DNA from: an uncultured Chloroflexia bacterium
GTDB lineage: Bacteria > Chloroflexota > Limnocylindria > Limnocylindrales > CSP1-4
Reading direction: 5' to 3'
Length of the DNA: 64,000 nt
NCBI GenBank assembly: GCA_963734535.1
Contig: CAVTHS010000006.1
Span: 207,901-271,900, forward strand
Shown here: one piece after another, positions 30,611-40,821 of the stretch
Layout: each line of letters opens with the position of its first letter
Numbering within the stretch: position 1 is the first letter of the stretch
Translations under genes and position numbers: made by a program
Notes under the pieces: model-generated
Databases searched by the model: none
What the model was told of the DNA's origin: nothing
The model's input: only the letters and a program-made list of their open reading frames with translations

Positions 30611-31852
30611 TCAGCCGATCGTGACCTGGCCGACTCCCCCGCGCACGGCGATCTCGACGCGGTTGGGGTTGGCGTCGAAGTCGGGGGACGCCCACGCCGC
30701 GCCGTCCCGCGTCCGCGGGAAGCGGCTCGTGTCGACATCCGTGGTCCCGATGGCCATCGTGCTCGTGATGCGGGCGGCCACGCCGGCCGGGACGCGGAAG
30801 CGCATCTGCGCCGCGCCGCCCTCAGCGCTGACCCGCGTCACGCCGGTGGCCGGGAGGGTCACCCGTGACTGGGCCGCGCCCGTCCGGAGGCGAAGGTCCG
30901 TGACATGGAGCCCGCTCAGGTCGAGCTCGTTGTCGGAAGCGCCGGTCTCCACCTCCAGGCGCAGCGGGACCTCCGCGGTGAGGCCAAGGCGCCACTCGAA
31001 CGGGGCGCGTCCCCAGTCCCAGCTCCACGAGGCGGGATGGGGCGTCGTGAGCCGAACGCGCCCCGCACCGGCGGGCGACGCGCTCACGCCCCCCTGGAAC
31101 GTGCCATCTACCAGCAGCCCGCTCGCAGCCTGACCCACCAACAGCGTGCCGGCGCCGAACGCGATCCGGACCTCGGCGTCAGAGGCTCCCTCGAGGGCCA
31201 GCGCGAGGGCCTGCGCGGTGCCGCCGGCGCTGGGCGCCGCTGCGGACCCGGGCCGCGTCCCGGGGCCGCCGGCCGTCCAGGCCGTCGCACCCGGGGCCGA
31301 CGGCCAGGAGCGGCGACGCCAGGGCCCGGGAATGATCGCGCCCACGAGGATCGCCGCGCCGATCCCGATGATGACGATCGGCACCGAGACACTGGTGAGG
31401 CCGGCGAACCGGTCGCCGTTGAGGTGGAGAAGGCCCTCGAAGAACAGGAAGCCGACGAGGAAGATCACGATCCCGGTGATGAGCGAGGTGAGCCCTCCCC
31501 GCGCGATGTCGCCGCGGCGCGTCAGGAGGCCGTACAGCAGGAGCCCGACGCCGACGCCGCCGGGGGCAACCAGCGCCCACGCGTATGCCCAGCTCGCGTA
31601 CGTCCCGGTCGCGTCCTGGACCGCGAGCAGCGTGCCGACTGCGGTCACGATCCCGCCAACGGCCGCGAGGCCCGAGCCTCCCGGTTCGGGGAGCGCGAAC
31701 GCTGCGACGAGCAGGGCCAGGCCGGGCAGGATCACCCAGCCGGGCCACCCGATCGCCACGCCGGACACGCGGACGGCGAGGGCGGCGCCCCCGAGGACGA
31801 TGAGGAGGGCGCCGACCATGAACGCGCCGCGCGAGGTGCCTGATTCGTGCAT
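30611..31852 (-). CDS. Membrane protein with C-terminal beta-solenoid (LiaF/toast-rack-like)
   Basis: N-terminal TM bundle, then 'LEVETGASDNELDLSGL...LRTGAAQSRVTLP' repeats. Confidence 0.7.
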   Translation of the reverse strand: MHESGTSRGAFMVGALLIVLGGAALAVRVSGVAIGWPGWVILPGLALLVAAFALPEPGGSGLAAVGGIVTAVGTLLAVQDATGTYASWAYAWALVAPGGVGVGLLLYGLLTRRGDIARGGLTSLITGIVIFLVGFLFFEGLLHLNGDRFAGLTSVSVPIVIIGIGAAILVGAIIPGPWRRRSWPSAPGATAWTAGGPGTRPGSAAAPSAGGTAQALALALEGASDAEVRIAFGAGTLLVGQAASGLLVDGTFQGGVSASPAGAGRVRLTTPHPASWSWDWGRAPFEWRLGLTAEVPLRLEVETGASDNELDLSGLHVTDLRLRTGAAQSRVTLPATGVTRVSAEGGAAQMRFRVPAGVAARITSTMAIGTTDVDTSRFPRTRDGAAWASPDFDANPNRVEIAVRGGVGQVTIG

Positions 31853-31891
31853 TGGAATGAACCTCCAAGGGTGGCTGCTCGGCCGGCGGCT

Positions 31892-32404
31892 TCAGGTCCC
31901 GGCGCGCAGCTCGGCGGCGATCTCGTGGGCCCAGGTGCGGACGCGAGGCAGGTCTCGCCAGTCTCCCTCGAGCCCGGCCTTCGCCATGATGGCCATGGCG
32001 AAGCCACCCTGGCGCGGATCCACCCGCCCACCGAACATGGCGCGCCCCCGCGCACCGACCTCGTCGGCCAGCTCGTCGACGCCGTCCGGGTGCGGCACTG
32101 TCTCGGGGTGCCGGGTCGACTTGCCGTCGCCAACCGGACCGCTGCTGAAGAGCCAGACCTTCCGCGTCGCCAGCGCGACACGTTCGCGTCGGATCAGCTC
32201 GAGCGCGGGGATCTCCCAGTGGAACATGTAGACCGCGCTGCCCACGATGACCGCCCCGTACGGCTCGATGGTGAGCACGTCGGACGCCGCGCGAAGGTCC
32301 ACCTCGAAACCGGCCGCGCGCAACGCGTCGGCGATCTCGATTGCCATCTCCTCGGTGCCGTGATGCCGGCTGGCATACGCGACGAGGACGGGTCGTGCGA
32401 GCAT
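31892..32404 (-). CDS. Flavodoxin-domain protein (HemG-like)
   Basis: 'LVAYASRHHGTEEMA', 'IVGSAVY', 'WLFSSGP', 'GDWRD'. Confidence 0.88.
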   Translation of the reverse strand: MLARPVLVAYASRHHGTEEMAIEIADALRAAGFEVDLRAASDVLTIEPYGAVIVGSAVYMFHWEIPALELIRRERVALATRKVWLFSSGPVGDGKSTRHPETVPHPDGVDELADEVGARGRAMFGGRVDPRQGGFAMAIMAKAGLEGDWRDLPRVRTWAHEIAAELRAGT

Positions 32405-32540
32405 CTGGGGCAACCTCCACGGGTGAGCCTCGCCGAGCATGGGGTGCCTGCCGGGTCCCGAGAAGGGACCTCCGGCACGGACGGAGGGGCCGGCCGGCCG
32501 AAAAGGCGGGCGTGGAGACGAACCGTCGTACCATCGGGCA

Positions 32541-33116
32541 ATGACAACGACCCGACCCGCCTCACTCCCGTTCACCGGTGACCCCGTGGCCGACGCGCTC
32601 CTTGCGAGCGAGCCGCTCGCCCTCCTCATCGGGTTCGTGCTGGACCAGCAGGTCACCGTCCAGAAGGCGTTCGCCGGCCCCGCGGAGCTGCGCAGGCGGC
32701 TCGGCACGCTCGACGCCGCGGCGCTCGCCGCGATCGAGCCGGGCGCGTTCGCGGCCGCGTTCGCGGAACGCCCCGCCCTCCACCGGTTCCCGGGCGCCAT
32801 GGCCGCTCGTGTCCAGGAGCTGTGCACGGTGATCGCGCGCGATCATGCCGGCGATGCCAGCCGGGTCTGGACTGAGGCGGGGAACGGCGTCGATCTCGAA
32901 CGGCGTCTGCGCGCCCTTCCCGGGATCGGGGAGATGAAGGCGCGTACGCTGATCGGGCTGCTCGCCAGGCGTTTCGACGTCCGGCCGCCGGGCTGGGAAG
33001 CAGTGGCTCCCAGCCAGCCGACGCTCGCGGACGTGGACTCGGCAGAGGCGCTCGCGCAGTACCAGGAGCAGAAGCGAGCCTGGAAGGCGAGCCAGAAGGC
33101 CGCCGCGGGAGGCTAG
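32541..33116 (+). CDS. HhH-GPD-type base excision repair family protein
   Basis: 'LALLIGFVLDQQV..KAF.GP', 'HRFPGAMA', HhH 'LPGIGEMKA'; leaderless TACCAT-6-ATG. Confidence 0.88.
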   Translation: MTTTRPASLPFTGDPVADALLASEPLALLIGFVLDQQVTVQKAFAGPAELRRRLGTLDAAALAAIEPGAFAAAFAERPALHRFPGAMAARVQELCTVIARDHAGDASRVWTEAGNGVDLERRLRALPGIGEMKARTLIGLLARRFDVRPPGWEAVAPSQPTLADVDSAEALAQYQEQKRAWKASQKAAAGG

Positions 33117-33179
33117 CGCTCCCGGCCTCCCCGCGGCGCGGAATGGCGCAGCCCGAGACGCCCGTCCTCCGGTCGCGAC

Positions 33180-33596
33180 CTACGGCGTGGGTGCGCCCCC
33201 GACAAGGGTGCGCACGAGGTGGTCGAGCGTCATCGCCGGATCGGCGGTCAGGCCGGCGTGCACCGACGATGGCTGGATGACCGTCGACGACGGCGCGACC
33301 AGCCAGTGGAAACGCTCCGCCGGCGCGAGCGCCGCGATCGGCCCGGCGCTCGGGTCTCCCGCCGCGATCCGCTCGATCAGGTCGAGGTGCGCCCGGACCT
33401 CGTCCACGTCGCAGCCGGGATCGAGCGAGCGCAGCCGCGCCTCGTCCAGCCGCATCTCCGCGCCGACGAACCGGAGCGGCCGACACAGCAGGACAATCCC
33501 CGCGTTCAGTCGCTCGCCGCGCTCGACGCGCGGCACGACGCGCACGATCGCGTAGGCGAACGGAGACCGCGCGGCTTCAGGCGGCGGCTCGGGCAC
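33180..33596 (-). CDS. DUF3037 family protein
   Basis: 'FAYAIVRVVPRVERGERLNAG', 'RFHWLVAPSSTVIQPS.VHAG'. Confidence 0.88.
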   Translation of the reverse strand: MPEPPPEAARSPFAYAIVRVVPRVERGERLNAGIVLLCRPLRFVGAEMRLDEARLRSLDPGCDVDEVRAHLDLIERIAAGDPSAGPIAALAPAERFHWLVAPSSTVIQPSSVHAGLTADPAMTLDHLVRTLVGGAPTP

Positions 33597-34356
33597 GCTC
33601 GGCCTCCTCCACGAACTCGCGCGGCGCCGAGAGCCGCGCCAGCAGGTACGTCACGTACGCGGCGCGGTTCTGGGCCACCGAGGCGAATGCGGGGTCGCCG
33701 GCCAGCCAGGCGTCCGGGACCTCGGCGACGATCTCCTCGAGGAGGCGTGGCGTGACCAGCGGGGCCAGGCGCGCATCCGCCTCCGGGATCGGCGCGGCAA
33801 GCGGGAGCAGCACGTGGTCGGCGATCCACGGGAACGGACGTCGCGCCTGGGCGGCCGGGTCCTCCCAGCGGTGGTGGGCGAAGAGCGCCGCGCCGTGATC
33901 GATACAGAAGACCCGGCCGTGCCAGGTCAGCAGGTTGACGTTCCGCGCGCTTCGGTCCGGGTTCGTGACGAACGCGTCGAACCAGGCGATCGCCGCGGCC
34001 TGCTCGGGATCCGGCCGCGGTCCGATCGCCGGCGCGTAAGCGAGGGCGCCGGGCAGGAAGTCGACACCGAGGTTGGTCCCGGGTGAGCGGTCGAGCAGCT
34101 CCTTGACTTCCCGATGGGCCTCGCCCGCGCCCAGCGCGGGATCGAGCTCGACGAGCACCTGCTCGGGGACGAGGATCCCGAGCGCGCGTCCCAGCTCACC
34201 GGCGATCACCTCGGCAGCAAGGGCCTTCGGACCCTGCCCAGCGCCGTGGAACTTCACCACGTAGAGCCCGTCGTCGTCCGCCTCGCACAGGCCCGGCAGC
34301 GAGCCGCCCTCCCGGAAGGGAGTGACATAGCGGGTCGCGGCGACGGTCCGGAGCAT
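33577..34356 (-). CDS. HipA-like (HipA_2 type) kinase
   Basis: 'YVTPFREGGSLP', 'YVVKFHGAGQG', catalytic 'NPDRSARNVN', 'IDHGAAL'; overlaps DUF3037. Confidence 0.88.
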   Translation of the reverse strand: MLRTVAATRYVTPFREGGSLPGLCEADDDGLYVVKFHGAGQGPKALAAEVIAGELGRALGILVPEQVLVELDPALGAGEAHREVKELLDRSPGTNLGVDFLPGALAYAPAIGPRPDPEQAAAIAWFDAFVTNPDRSARNVNLLTWHGRVFCIDHGAALFAHHRWEDPAAQARRPFPWIADHVLLPLAAPIPEADARLAPLVTPRLLEEIVAEVPDAWLAGDPAFASVAQNRAAYVTYLLARLSAPREFVEEAERARAAA

Positions 34357-34520
34357 GCCCGGCAGTGTACGGGCCGGGCGCGGCCGCGGATGGCCCCCGG
34401 GCCGGGGGCATCCTCGCGGCCGGCGCACGCAGCGTCTCGAGTGGACGTCAGGCGGCCCGACGACCGTATGCTGGCACGACGCGCCGGCCCGGACGCGTCG
34501 TTCGGAAGGGAGCTGGGTTC

Positions 34521-35492
34521 GTGTCACACCAGGACATGCCGCTGGCCGAGATGCGTGCCTACCGTCCCGACCTTGCCGTCCCGCCCGACCTTGACCGGTT
34601 CTGGTCGGACACGCTCGCGGAGGCGCGAGATCACCCGCTCGACGCAACGTTCACGCGGTTCGACAGTGGCCTGCCCGTCCTCGAGACGTTCGACGTGAGC
34701 TTCGCGGGGTTCGGAGGGTCCCCCGTCCGAGCCTGGCTGCACGTGCCGGCGGGGAGCCGGGGTCCGCTGCCCGCGGTGGTCGAGTTCGTCGGCTACGGCG
34801 GCGGGCGCGGCCTGGCCCATGAACGGGTGCTGTGGGCGACCGCCGGGTATGCCCATCTCGTCATGGACACGCGCGGGCAGGGATCGAGCTGGGCGGTCGG
34901 GGATACGCCCGACCCCGACGCGACCGGCGAGCCGTCCCATCCCGGGTTCATGACCCAGGGAATCCTCGATCCGCGGACCTACTACTACCGGCGGATCTAC
35001 ACCGACGCCGTGCGCGCCATCGACGCCGTTCGCGCCCACCCGGCCGTCGACCCGGCGCGAGTGGCGGCCACGGGCGGCAGCCAGGGAGGCGGGATGAGCC
35101 TCGCCGTGGCGGGCCTCGTGGACGACCTCGCAGCGGTGGCTCCCGACGTGCCCTTCCTGTGCGACTTCCCGCGGGCCACGACCTTCGTCGACACGAACCC
35201 GTACGCGGAGGTTGCCCGGTACCTCAAGGCGCATCGCGATCACGTCGAGCAGGCATACCGGACGCTGGCGTACTTCGACGGGGCGATCCTCGGGCGCCGC
35301 GCGACCGCGCCGGCCCTCTTCTCGGTCGCCCTGATGGACGGGATCTGCCCACCCTCGACGGTCTACGCCGCGTTCAACCACTACGCGGGCCCCAGGGAGA
35401 TCCGCGAGTACCCGTTCAACGACCACGAGGGTGGCCAGGGTTTCCACGATCGCGTGAAGATGGCCTGGCTCAGGGAGCGGCTTCGCGCCTGA
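34521..35492 (+). CDS. Acetylxylan esterase/cephalosporin-C deacetylase (CE7)
   Basis: 'DTRGQG', 'GGSQGGG', 'CPPSTVYA', 'NDHEGG'. Confidence 0.93.
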   Translation: MSHQDMPLAEMRAYRPDLAVPPDLDRFWSDTLAEARDHPLDATFTRFDSGLPVLETFDVSFAGFGGSPVRAWLHVPAGSRGPLPAVVEFVGYGGGRGLAHERVLWATAGYAHLVMDTRGQGSSWAVGDTPDPDATGEPSHPGFMTQGILDPRTYYYRRIYTDAVRAIDAVRAHPAVDPARVAATGGSQGGGMSLAVAGLVDDLAAVAPDVPFLCDFPRATTFVDTNPYAEVARYLKAHRDHVEQAYRTLAYFDGAILGRRATAPALFSVALMDGICPPSTVYAAFNHYAGPREIREYPFNDHEGGQGFHDRVKMAWLRERLRA

Positions 35493-35529
35493 GGGGCCTG
35501 GCAGCTGCAGCCGGGGGCCGCGTGTGCGA

Positions 35530-35547
35530 TAGTTGCATGCGCAACTA
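35530..35547. promoter_or_regulatory. MarR-type palindromic operator
   Basis: TAGTTGC-ATGC-GCAACTA, 22 nt upstream of the DDN-family gene. Confidence 0.65.
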
Positions 35548-35569
35548 GGTATCGCCGAGGAACCAGCGC

Positions 35570-35947
35570 ATGAACGACGCAACTCGCGCCGCCCTCGCCC
35601 GGGGCGGGATCATCGACCTCACGACGACCGGCCGAAGGAGCGGCGAGCCGCGCCGGATCGAGATCGTCCTCCACGTCATCGACGGCCGCATCGTCGTCAG
35701 CGGGATGCCGCGCCGCGAGAAGCGTGCGTGGCTCGCCAACATCGAGGCGAACCCGCGGGTGACGGTCCACCTGAAGCGGGATGTCGTCGCGGACCTGCCC
35801 GGCGAAGCGCGGGTGGTGACCGACGAGCGGGAACGACGGGAGCTCCTCCGCCACGTCGCGCGGGCCTGGGGCCGCGACGACCTCGAGGTGATGCTCCGCT
35901 ACAGCCCCCTGGTCGAGATCGTCCTCGACGACCGGGCGATCGCCTGA
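35570..35947 (+). CDS. Deazaflavin (F420)-dependent nitroreductase-like protein
   Basis: 'DLTTTGRRSGEPRR', 'WLANIEANPRVTV'. Confidence 0.85.
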   Translation: MNDATRAALARGGIIDLTTTGRRSGEPRRIEIVLHVIDGRIVVSGMPRREKRAWLANIEANPRVTVHLKRDVVADLPGEARVVTDERERRELLRHVARAWGRDDLEVMLRYSPLVEIVLDDRAIA

Positions 35948-36014
35948 TCGTCGCCCAGCGGCGGGACTAACGGGCCATACCCACCCCCGGACGCGTGCGG
36001 GTACGGTCCATCGC

Positions 36015-36812
36015 ATGTCGATGCGCGCGCGGATCCCGCGACCGCTGCGGATGTTCTTTCCGGGCGCGAATTCGGGGCTCGACCCGGCGGTCAACCCGGC
36101 ACCTGCGGAGGCCGTCCCGACGGTGGAGCTGACCGTCTACGCGGACGACTCGGTTGTGTTCGGACGCCTCCCGCTCACCGCGGACCGGGTCACCGACCTG
36201 ATGAACGACGGGACCGAGTTCGAGTTCACCGACACCTACCTGCAGAGCCTCGACGACGGCCACGGCCTCCTGGTCCGGACGGTGGTCGTGGAGCGGGCCG
36301 AGATCTTCGCCGTCGCGGTCGCCGGCCCGCGCGGCGATCCCACGCGCAGAACGCGCACGCGCCCGATCCCCGTCGAGCTCCGGGTGGGGAGCTATGACAT
36401 CAGCGGCAACATCCACGTCGTGCCGGGCACCGACCCGATCGTCGGGTTCCGCCGTCGGAAGGTGATGGTCCCGCTGACGGAGGCAACCATCGCGTTCGAC
36501 GGGCCCGGCGGACGGACCATCTCGCGCTTCGGGACGATCCTCGTGAACCGGGAGCTCACCCACTGGATCGCCCCCGCCCTGCGCTCCGACGTCCGGCCAC
36601 CCGATCTGATCCCGGAGCTTGCCGGGAGCGGGCTGGCCAAGGACTTCAGCTGTCCAGCTGGTGGGGCGCGAGACCTAGGGAGGCGTGGGTCGCCGCCGCG
36701 ACGCGTGCTGCCTTCGGAGGGTTCGGCCACCGATGTCAGCGCTGGCGCCCGGTTTGTGCTGGATAACACCGGGGCTGCTGGTATCCGGATCCCGCGGCCG
36801 AATCCGCACTGA
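36015..36812 (+). CDS. Hypothetical protein with two tandem small beta domains (DUF6812-like); true stop may be ~36678
   Basis: Repeated pattern 'VFGRL...RVTDLMN...F.FTD' / 'ISGNIH...VPLTEA...ILVNR'. Confidence 0.6.
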   Translation: MSMRARIPRPLRMFFPGANSGLDPAVNPAPAEAVPTVELTVYADDSVVFGRLPLTADRVTDLMNDGTEFEFTDTYLQSLDDGHGLLVRTVVVERAEIFAVAVAGPRGDPTRRTRTRPIPVELRVGSYDISGNIHVVPGTDPIVGFRRRKVMVPLTEATIAFDGPGGRTISRFGTILVNRELTHWIAPALRSDVRPPDLIPELAGSGLAKDFSCPAGGARDLGRRGSPPRRVLPSEGSATDVSAGARFVLDNTGAAGIRIPRPNPH

Positions 36813-36965
36813 ATAGCAGCCCGGCGACTGTTACGGCGCCGCCGAGTGTGTCGCCGGGCGTCGCGAGGGAGGATCGGGCCCCATTTCACGCTCGCAGCCA
36901 AGTCGGGATCGCCGCCGTCGCCCGCGCCGGTGCGTGTATCCGCACTCAACAGTCGCCCGGTTGCT
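36802..36965. repeat. Paired quasi-palindromic sites that are both direct and inverted repeats
   Basis: ATCCGCACTGAATAGCAGCCCGG (36802) versus ATCCGCACTCAACAGTCGCCCGG (36938); 36815-36832 pairs with 36948-36965. Confidence 0.6.
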
Positions 36966-37158
36966 GAGGCGCACAAACGGACCGCTCGCGTCGCGATCCG
37001 TGGTCGAGCCACGGCAGCGGTCGAGCGGCGGCCTTCGTCTCCCGGTCGGGAACTGCAGACCTGCCTCTGCCGTCCCATCGGCGTAGAACCAACAGACGGT
37101 GGTCGGTGCGTCCCGGCCGCACCCTCGGTCCCGGCCGCCCCAGGGAAGAGGCGGCACC

Positions 37159-37584
37159 ATGGCACTTCGATCGTTTCTGGCAACGCTCCTCTGCGCGTCG
37201 GCCCTCGCGGCCTGTTCCACCACCCAGGCGTCGGAACCGCTGGGCGCGACGTGCGACCAGTTCCGAACCACGCCGATCGTCGAGCAATCTGCCGTGATCG
37301 CGGTGGGTGCGGAGGTCAAGGTCGTCCTCTGCTCGAACCCGTCGACGGGTTTCTCGTGGGACGAGCCCCAGCTGGGTGACGGCTCGGTGCTCCGGCTCGT
37401 CGACCGCGCGTACCAGGCGCCGGACGGCGCGAGCCTCCCGGTCGTCGGCGCGGCCGGCGGCGAGGTCCTGACGGTTGGCGGCCTCGCGGCCGGGACCACG
37501 ACCCTCTCCATCGGGTACAGCCAGCCGTGGGTTGGTGGCACGAAGGGCGAGTGGACGTACAGGCTGTCCGTCACCGTCAAGTAG
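37159..37584 (+). CDS. Chagasin/I42 protease-inhibitor family lipoprotein
   Basis: Lipobox 'ALAAC', 'NPSTGFSW', 'VGAAG', 'YSQPW'. Confidence 0.85.
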   Translation: MALRSFLATLLCASALAACSTTQASEPLGATCDQFRTTPIVEQSAVIAVGAEVKVVLCSNPSTGFSWDEPQLGDGSVLRLVDRAYQAPDGASLPVVGAAGGEVLTVGGLAAGTTTLSIGYSQPWVGGTKGEWTYRLSVTVK

Positions 37585-37744
37585 CGCATCGCTGACCGCA
37601 CCCCGCGCGGTCGTCTGCTCGGCCGACCGGCCCCTCGGACGGGGCGGGTCGGCCCTGTTCCACGACGGTTCATGGACGGCACGCTGGGCCCGGCGCGCAG
37701 GCGGGCGTTCGGGCCCACGTCCGCGTCTTCGCGAGGACCCCAGC

Positions 37745-39274
37745 GTGACCCACGGTCCGCGGACACTCCGGGCTGCCGGAGCCGCGGTGGCGATCGGCTC
37801 GATGGCCACCGCGTTTCTGTTCCTCTCGATCCCGCGGACGTCCGCCGTCGCGCTCGGTGATTTCGCGGCCATCGACGCCCACGTCAAGGCAGCGATGGAT
37901 GCGTCCGCGGTGCCGGGGCTGGCCTACGCCGTCGTCGAGGACGGAGCGATCGTTCACCTGGCCGCCTTCGGTGCTGCCGGACCGGGGGGCCGGGCGATGA
38001 CGGCGCAGACGCCGCTGGTCATCGGGTCGGTCGGGAAGTCGATCACCGCGCTCGCGATCCGCCAGCTCGTCGAGGCGGGCCGGATCGACCCGGAAGCCCC
38101 CGTGACGCGCTATCTGCCCTGGTTCACGCTCGCCGGCCCGGAGGGCGCGGCAGATCGGGTGACGATCCAGGCCCTGCTCGACCACACGAGCGGACTCTCG
38201 ACGGCGGACGGCCAGGACCCCCGCTGGTATGCGCCGGGCCGGACACCGGAGGACGTGGTCCGCGGGCTGGCGGCGGTCCGCGCCGATCGCCCGGCCGGGA
38301 CCTACGAATACTCGAACCTCAACTACGTCGTGCTCGGGGTCGTCGTCGAGGCGGTCTCGGGTGAGGCCTACGGCGACTACATACGCGGGCACATCTTCGA
38401 GCCGCTCGGGATGACGCGCAGCTACACGAGCCTCGACGCGGCTGCGGCCGGCCGGTCCGGCCCAGGGCCACCGCTACCTCTTCGGCGCCGCCGTGCCCTT
38501 CGACGAGCCATATCCGACGGCGGTGGTCGCCGCCGGGTACCAGGTCTCGACCGCCGAGGACATGGCCTCCTTTGTCGCCGCGCTCGCGAACGGCGGGGTC
38601 CACGACGGCGTCGATGTCGTCGCGCCGGGCGGTGCAACGGCGGCTCCGCGCGGGTACGGCACGGACTGGCAGCCGCTCACCGCCGTCCAGGCGGACGCGA
38701 TCGTTGGCCAGAGCGGTTCGACGTTGAGCTCGAACGCGGACATCCTCGTGTTTCCCGCTCGCCGGCTCGGCGTGGTGGTCCTGCTCAACGCCAACCCGAC
38801 CCAGCTCGGCGGCCTGGCCGCCGGAGCTGCCGACATCGCGCTGGACATCATCCGGCTCTCCATCGGCTCCAGCCCCGCGGCATCGGCCCCGACGGTCCGC
38901 ACGATCTACCTCGTCGTCGACGCGCTGCTGCTGGTCCTTGCCGCCGCGCTGGCCTTCCACGCCTTCCGCGCCCGGACGTGGAAGCGGCAGATTGGCCGAA
39001 GGACGACACCCGAGGTGGCTGATCGGGCGAACCGTCGCGGCCGACCTGATCGTTCCGGTGGTGGTTCTCCTGGGTCTCCCGCTCTGGATCGGCTCGACCG
39101 GCTCGAGCCCGGCTGGTGACCTCGTGAGGGGCTGGCATTTCGCCCTGTGGACGCTGCCGGACCTTGCCTTCGCCCTCCTCATCCTCGCGCTCTGCCGGGC
39201 TTGCGATCGGCGCCGCGAAGGTCATCGCGGTTGCGGCCACGCGACGGGCGCCGAGCCTCGAGGCGGCCGCCTGA
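37745..39274 (+). CDS. Membrane-anchored serine hydrolase, beta-lactamase family (frameshifted)
   Basis: SxxK 'GSVGKS', 'LLDHTSGL', 'YEYSNLNY'; C-terminal TM helices. Confidence 0.85.
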
Positions 39275-39351
39275 CCTCGAAGCGGGTTCGTGCACGCCGG
39301 CCGGCGAGACAGCCACCCCGGCCCCGCGGGCCGTCGGGCTACCATCGGTCG

Positions 39352-39720
39352 ATGATCCGGGTCGGCTCGATCGTTCTGCGCGTCGACGACCTGCCGCGGC
39401 AGGCTGCGTTCTGGGCGGCGGCGCTCGACTACCTGCCCCGGGAGGAGGAGAGCGACGATTTCGTCCTGCTGCACCCAAAGGGCGGCATCGGGCCCAACCT
39501 CTCGCTCGACCGGGTCCGCTCGACGCTGCAGGTCCCGCCACGCATCCACCTGGACCTGTACGCGGAGGATCAGGCGGAAGAGGTCGGGCGCCTGATCGCG
39601 CTCGGTGCGACCGAGGTCCACTGGGACAAGCGACCACCGGACGCTGACTACGTCATCCTCGCCGACCCGGAGGGCAACCGCTTCTGCGTCGTGGACGCTG
39701 GCGAGCACCGCGGCCGATGA
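39352..39720 (+). CDS. VOC/glyoxalase family protein
   Basis: 'RIHLDL', 'LADPEGNRFCVV'; leaderless TACCAT-6-ATG. Confidence 0.9.
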   Translation: MIRVGSIVLRVDDLPRQAAFWAAALDYLPREEESDDFVLLHPKGGIGPNLSLDRVRSTLQVPPRIHLDLYAEDQAEEVGRLIALGATEVHWDKRPPDADYVILADPEGNRFCVVDAGEHRGR

Positions 39721-40475
39721 CCTTCGACGTGGCGGCGACGGCGTACGACCGCTTCATGGGCAGGTACTCGCACCTCCTATCCCCGCAGCTGGCAGACCTC
39801 GCCGGGGTGCGTGATGGCCAGCGGGCGCTCGACGTCGGCTGCGGACCCGGAGCCCTCATCGCGGAACTGGTGAGCCGCCTTGGAGCCGGCGCCGTGGTCG
39901 CGGTCGATCCCTCCGAGCCGTTCGTCGCCGCGGCTCGGGAGCGCCACCCCGGCGTCCAGGTCCGGCGTGCGTCCGCGGAGGACCTGCCGTTCCCGGACCG
40001 GACGTTCGACGTCTCTCTCGCGCAGCTCGTCGTCCACTTCATGTCCGATCCCGCCGCGGGATTGGCGGAGATGGCGCGCGTGACCCGGCGAGGGGGTGTG
40101 GTGGCCGCGTGCGTCTGGGATCACGGCGGTGGCCAGGGCCCGCTCAGTGGGTTCTGGGCCGCAGCGCGTCTGCTCGACCCCGACGTCATCGACGAATCGA
40201 CGCTCGCGGGTGCCCGCGCGGGCCACCTCGTGGAGCTGTTCGAAGCCGCGGGGCTGCACGAGGTCGAGGAGACCACCCTCTCCGCCAGCCTGGAGCACTC
40301 GAGCTTCGAGGCATGGTGGGAGCCGTTCACGCGCGGTGTCGGTCCGGCGGGCTCCTACCTGGCACGCGTCAGCGCGGAACGGCAGGCCGAGCTGCGCGAG
40401 GCGTGCCGAGCGATGCTTCCGGCCGCACCATTCGTGCTCCCGGCCCGTGCCTGGGCGGCTCGCGGGCTCGCGTAG
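39717..40475 (+). CDS. Class I SAM-dependent methyltransferase
   Basis: 'YDRFMGRYS', 'LDVGCGPG', 'AEDLPFPD'. Confidence 0.92.
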   Translation: MTFDVAATAYDRFMGRYSHLLSPQLADLAGVRDGQRALDVGCGPGALIAELVSRLGAGAVVAVDPSEPFVAAARERHPGVQVRRASAEDLPFPDRTFDVSLAQLVVHFMSDPAAGLAEMARVTRRGGVVAACVWDHGGGQGPLSGFWAAARLLDPDVIDESTLAGARAGHLVELFEAAGLHEVEETTLSASLEHSSFEAWWEPFTRGVGPAGSYLARVSAERQAELREACRAMLPAAPFVLPARAWAARGLA

Positions 40476-40821
40476 GCCCGTTCTTCACGCGGCCCCGTGT
40501 CGCTTCCGACCGACTCGCGGGCCTGCTACATGACCCTGATCGGGCCTCAGACTCGCCGCCGACGCTCACGCCGGGCACGATGGGCACGCGACGCCCGATC
40601 CATGATCCGGGCAGTACCTGTTCGGCATGTCCACGGCCGAAGGTACGACGGGCGCAAGTCGACGCCGAGCCTGCGGATGATCGCCGACTGTCCCGCTCGA
40701 CTCTGGTCAAGCTCGACGATGGGCCTTCGCCGACTCGGTGGAGAAGCTGGCGGTGGGTGTCAGGGGCGGGCCGCGTTGAGCGGGCCTTGCGCTGCCGGAG
40801 CGCCTGGGCCAAGGTTGTCAG

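Noticed and set aside
36802-36965. CRISPR mini-array or integron attC
   Set aside because: Only two imperfect repeats with a >100-bp gap, no cas or integrase gene, and no proper RYYYAAC/GTTRRRY ends.
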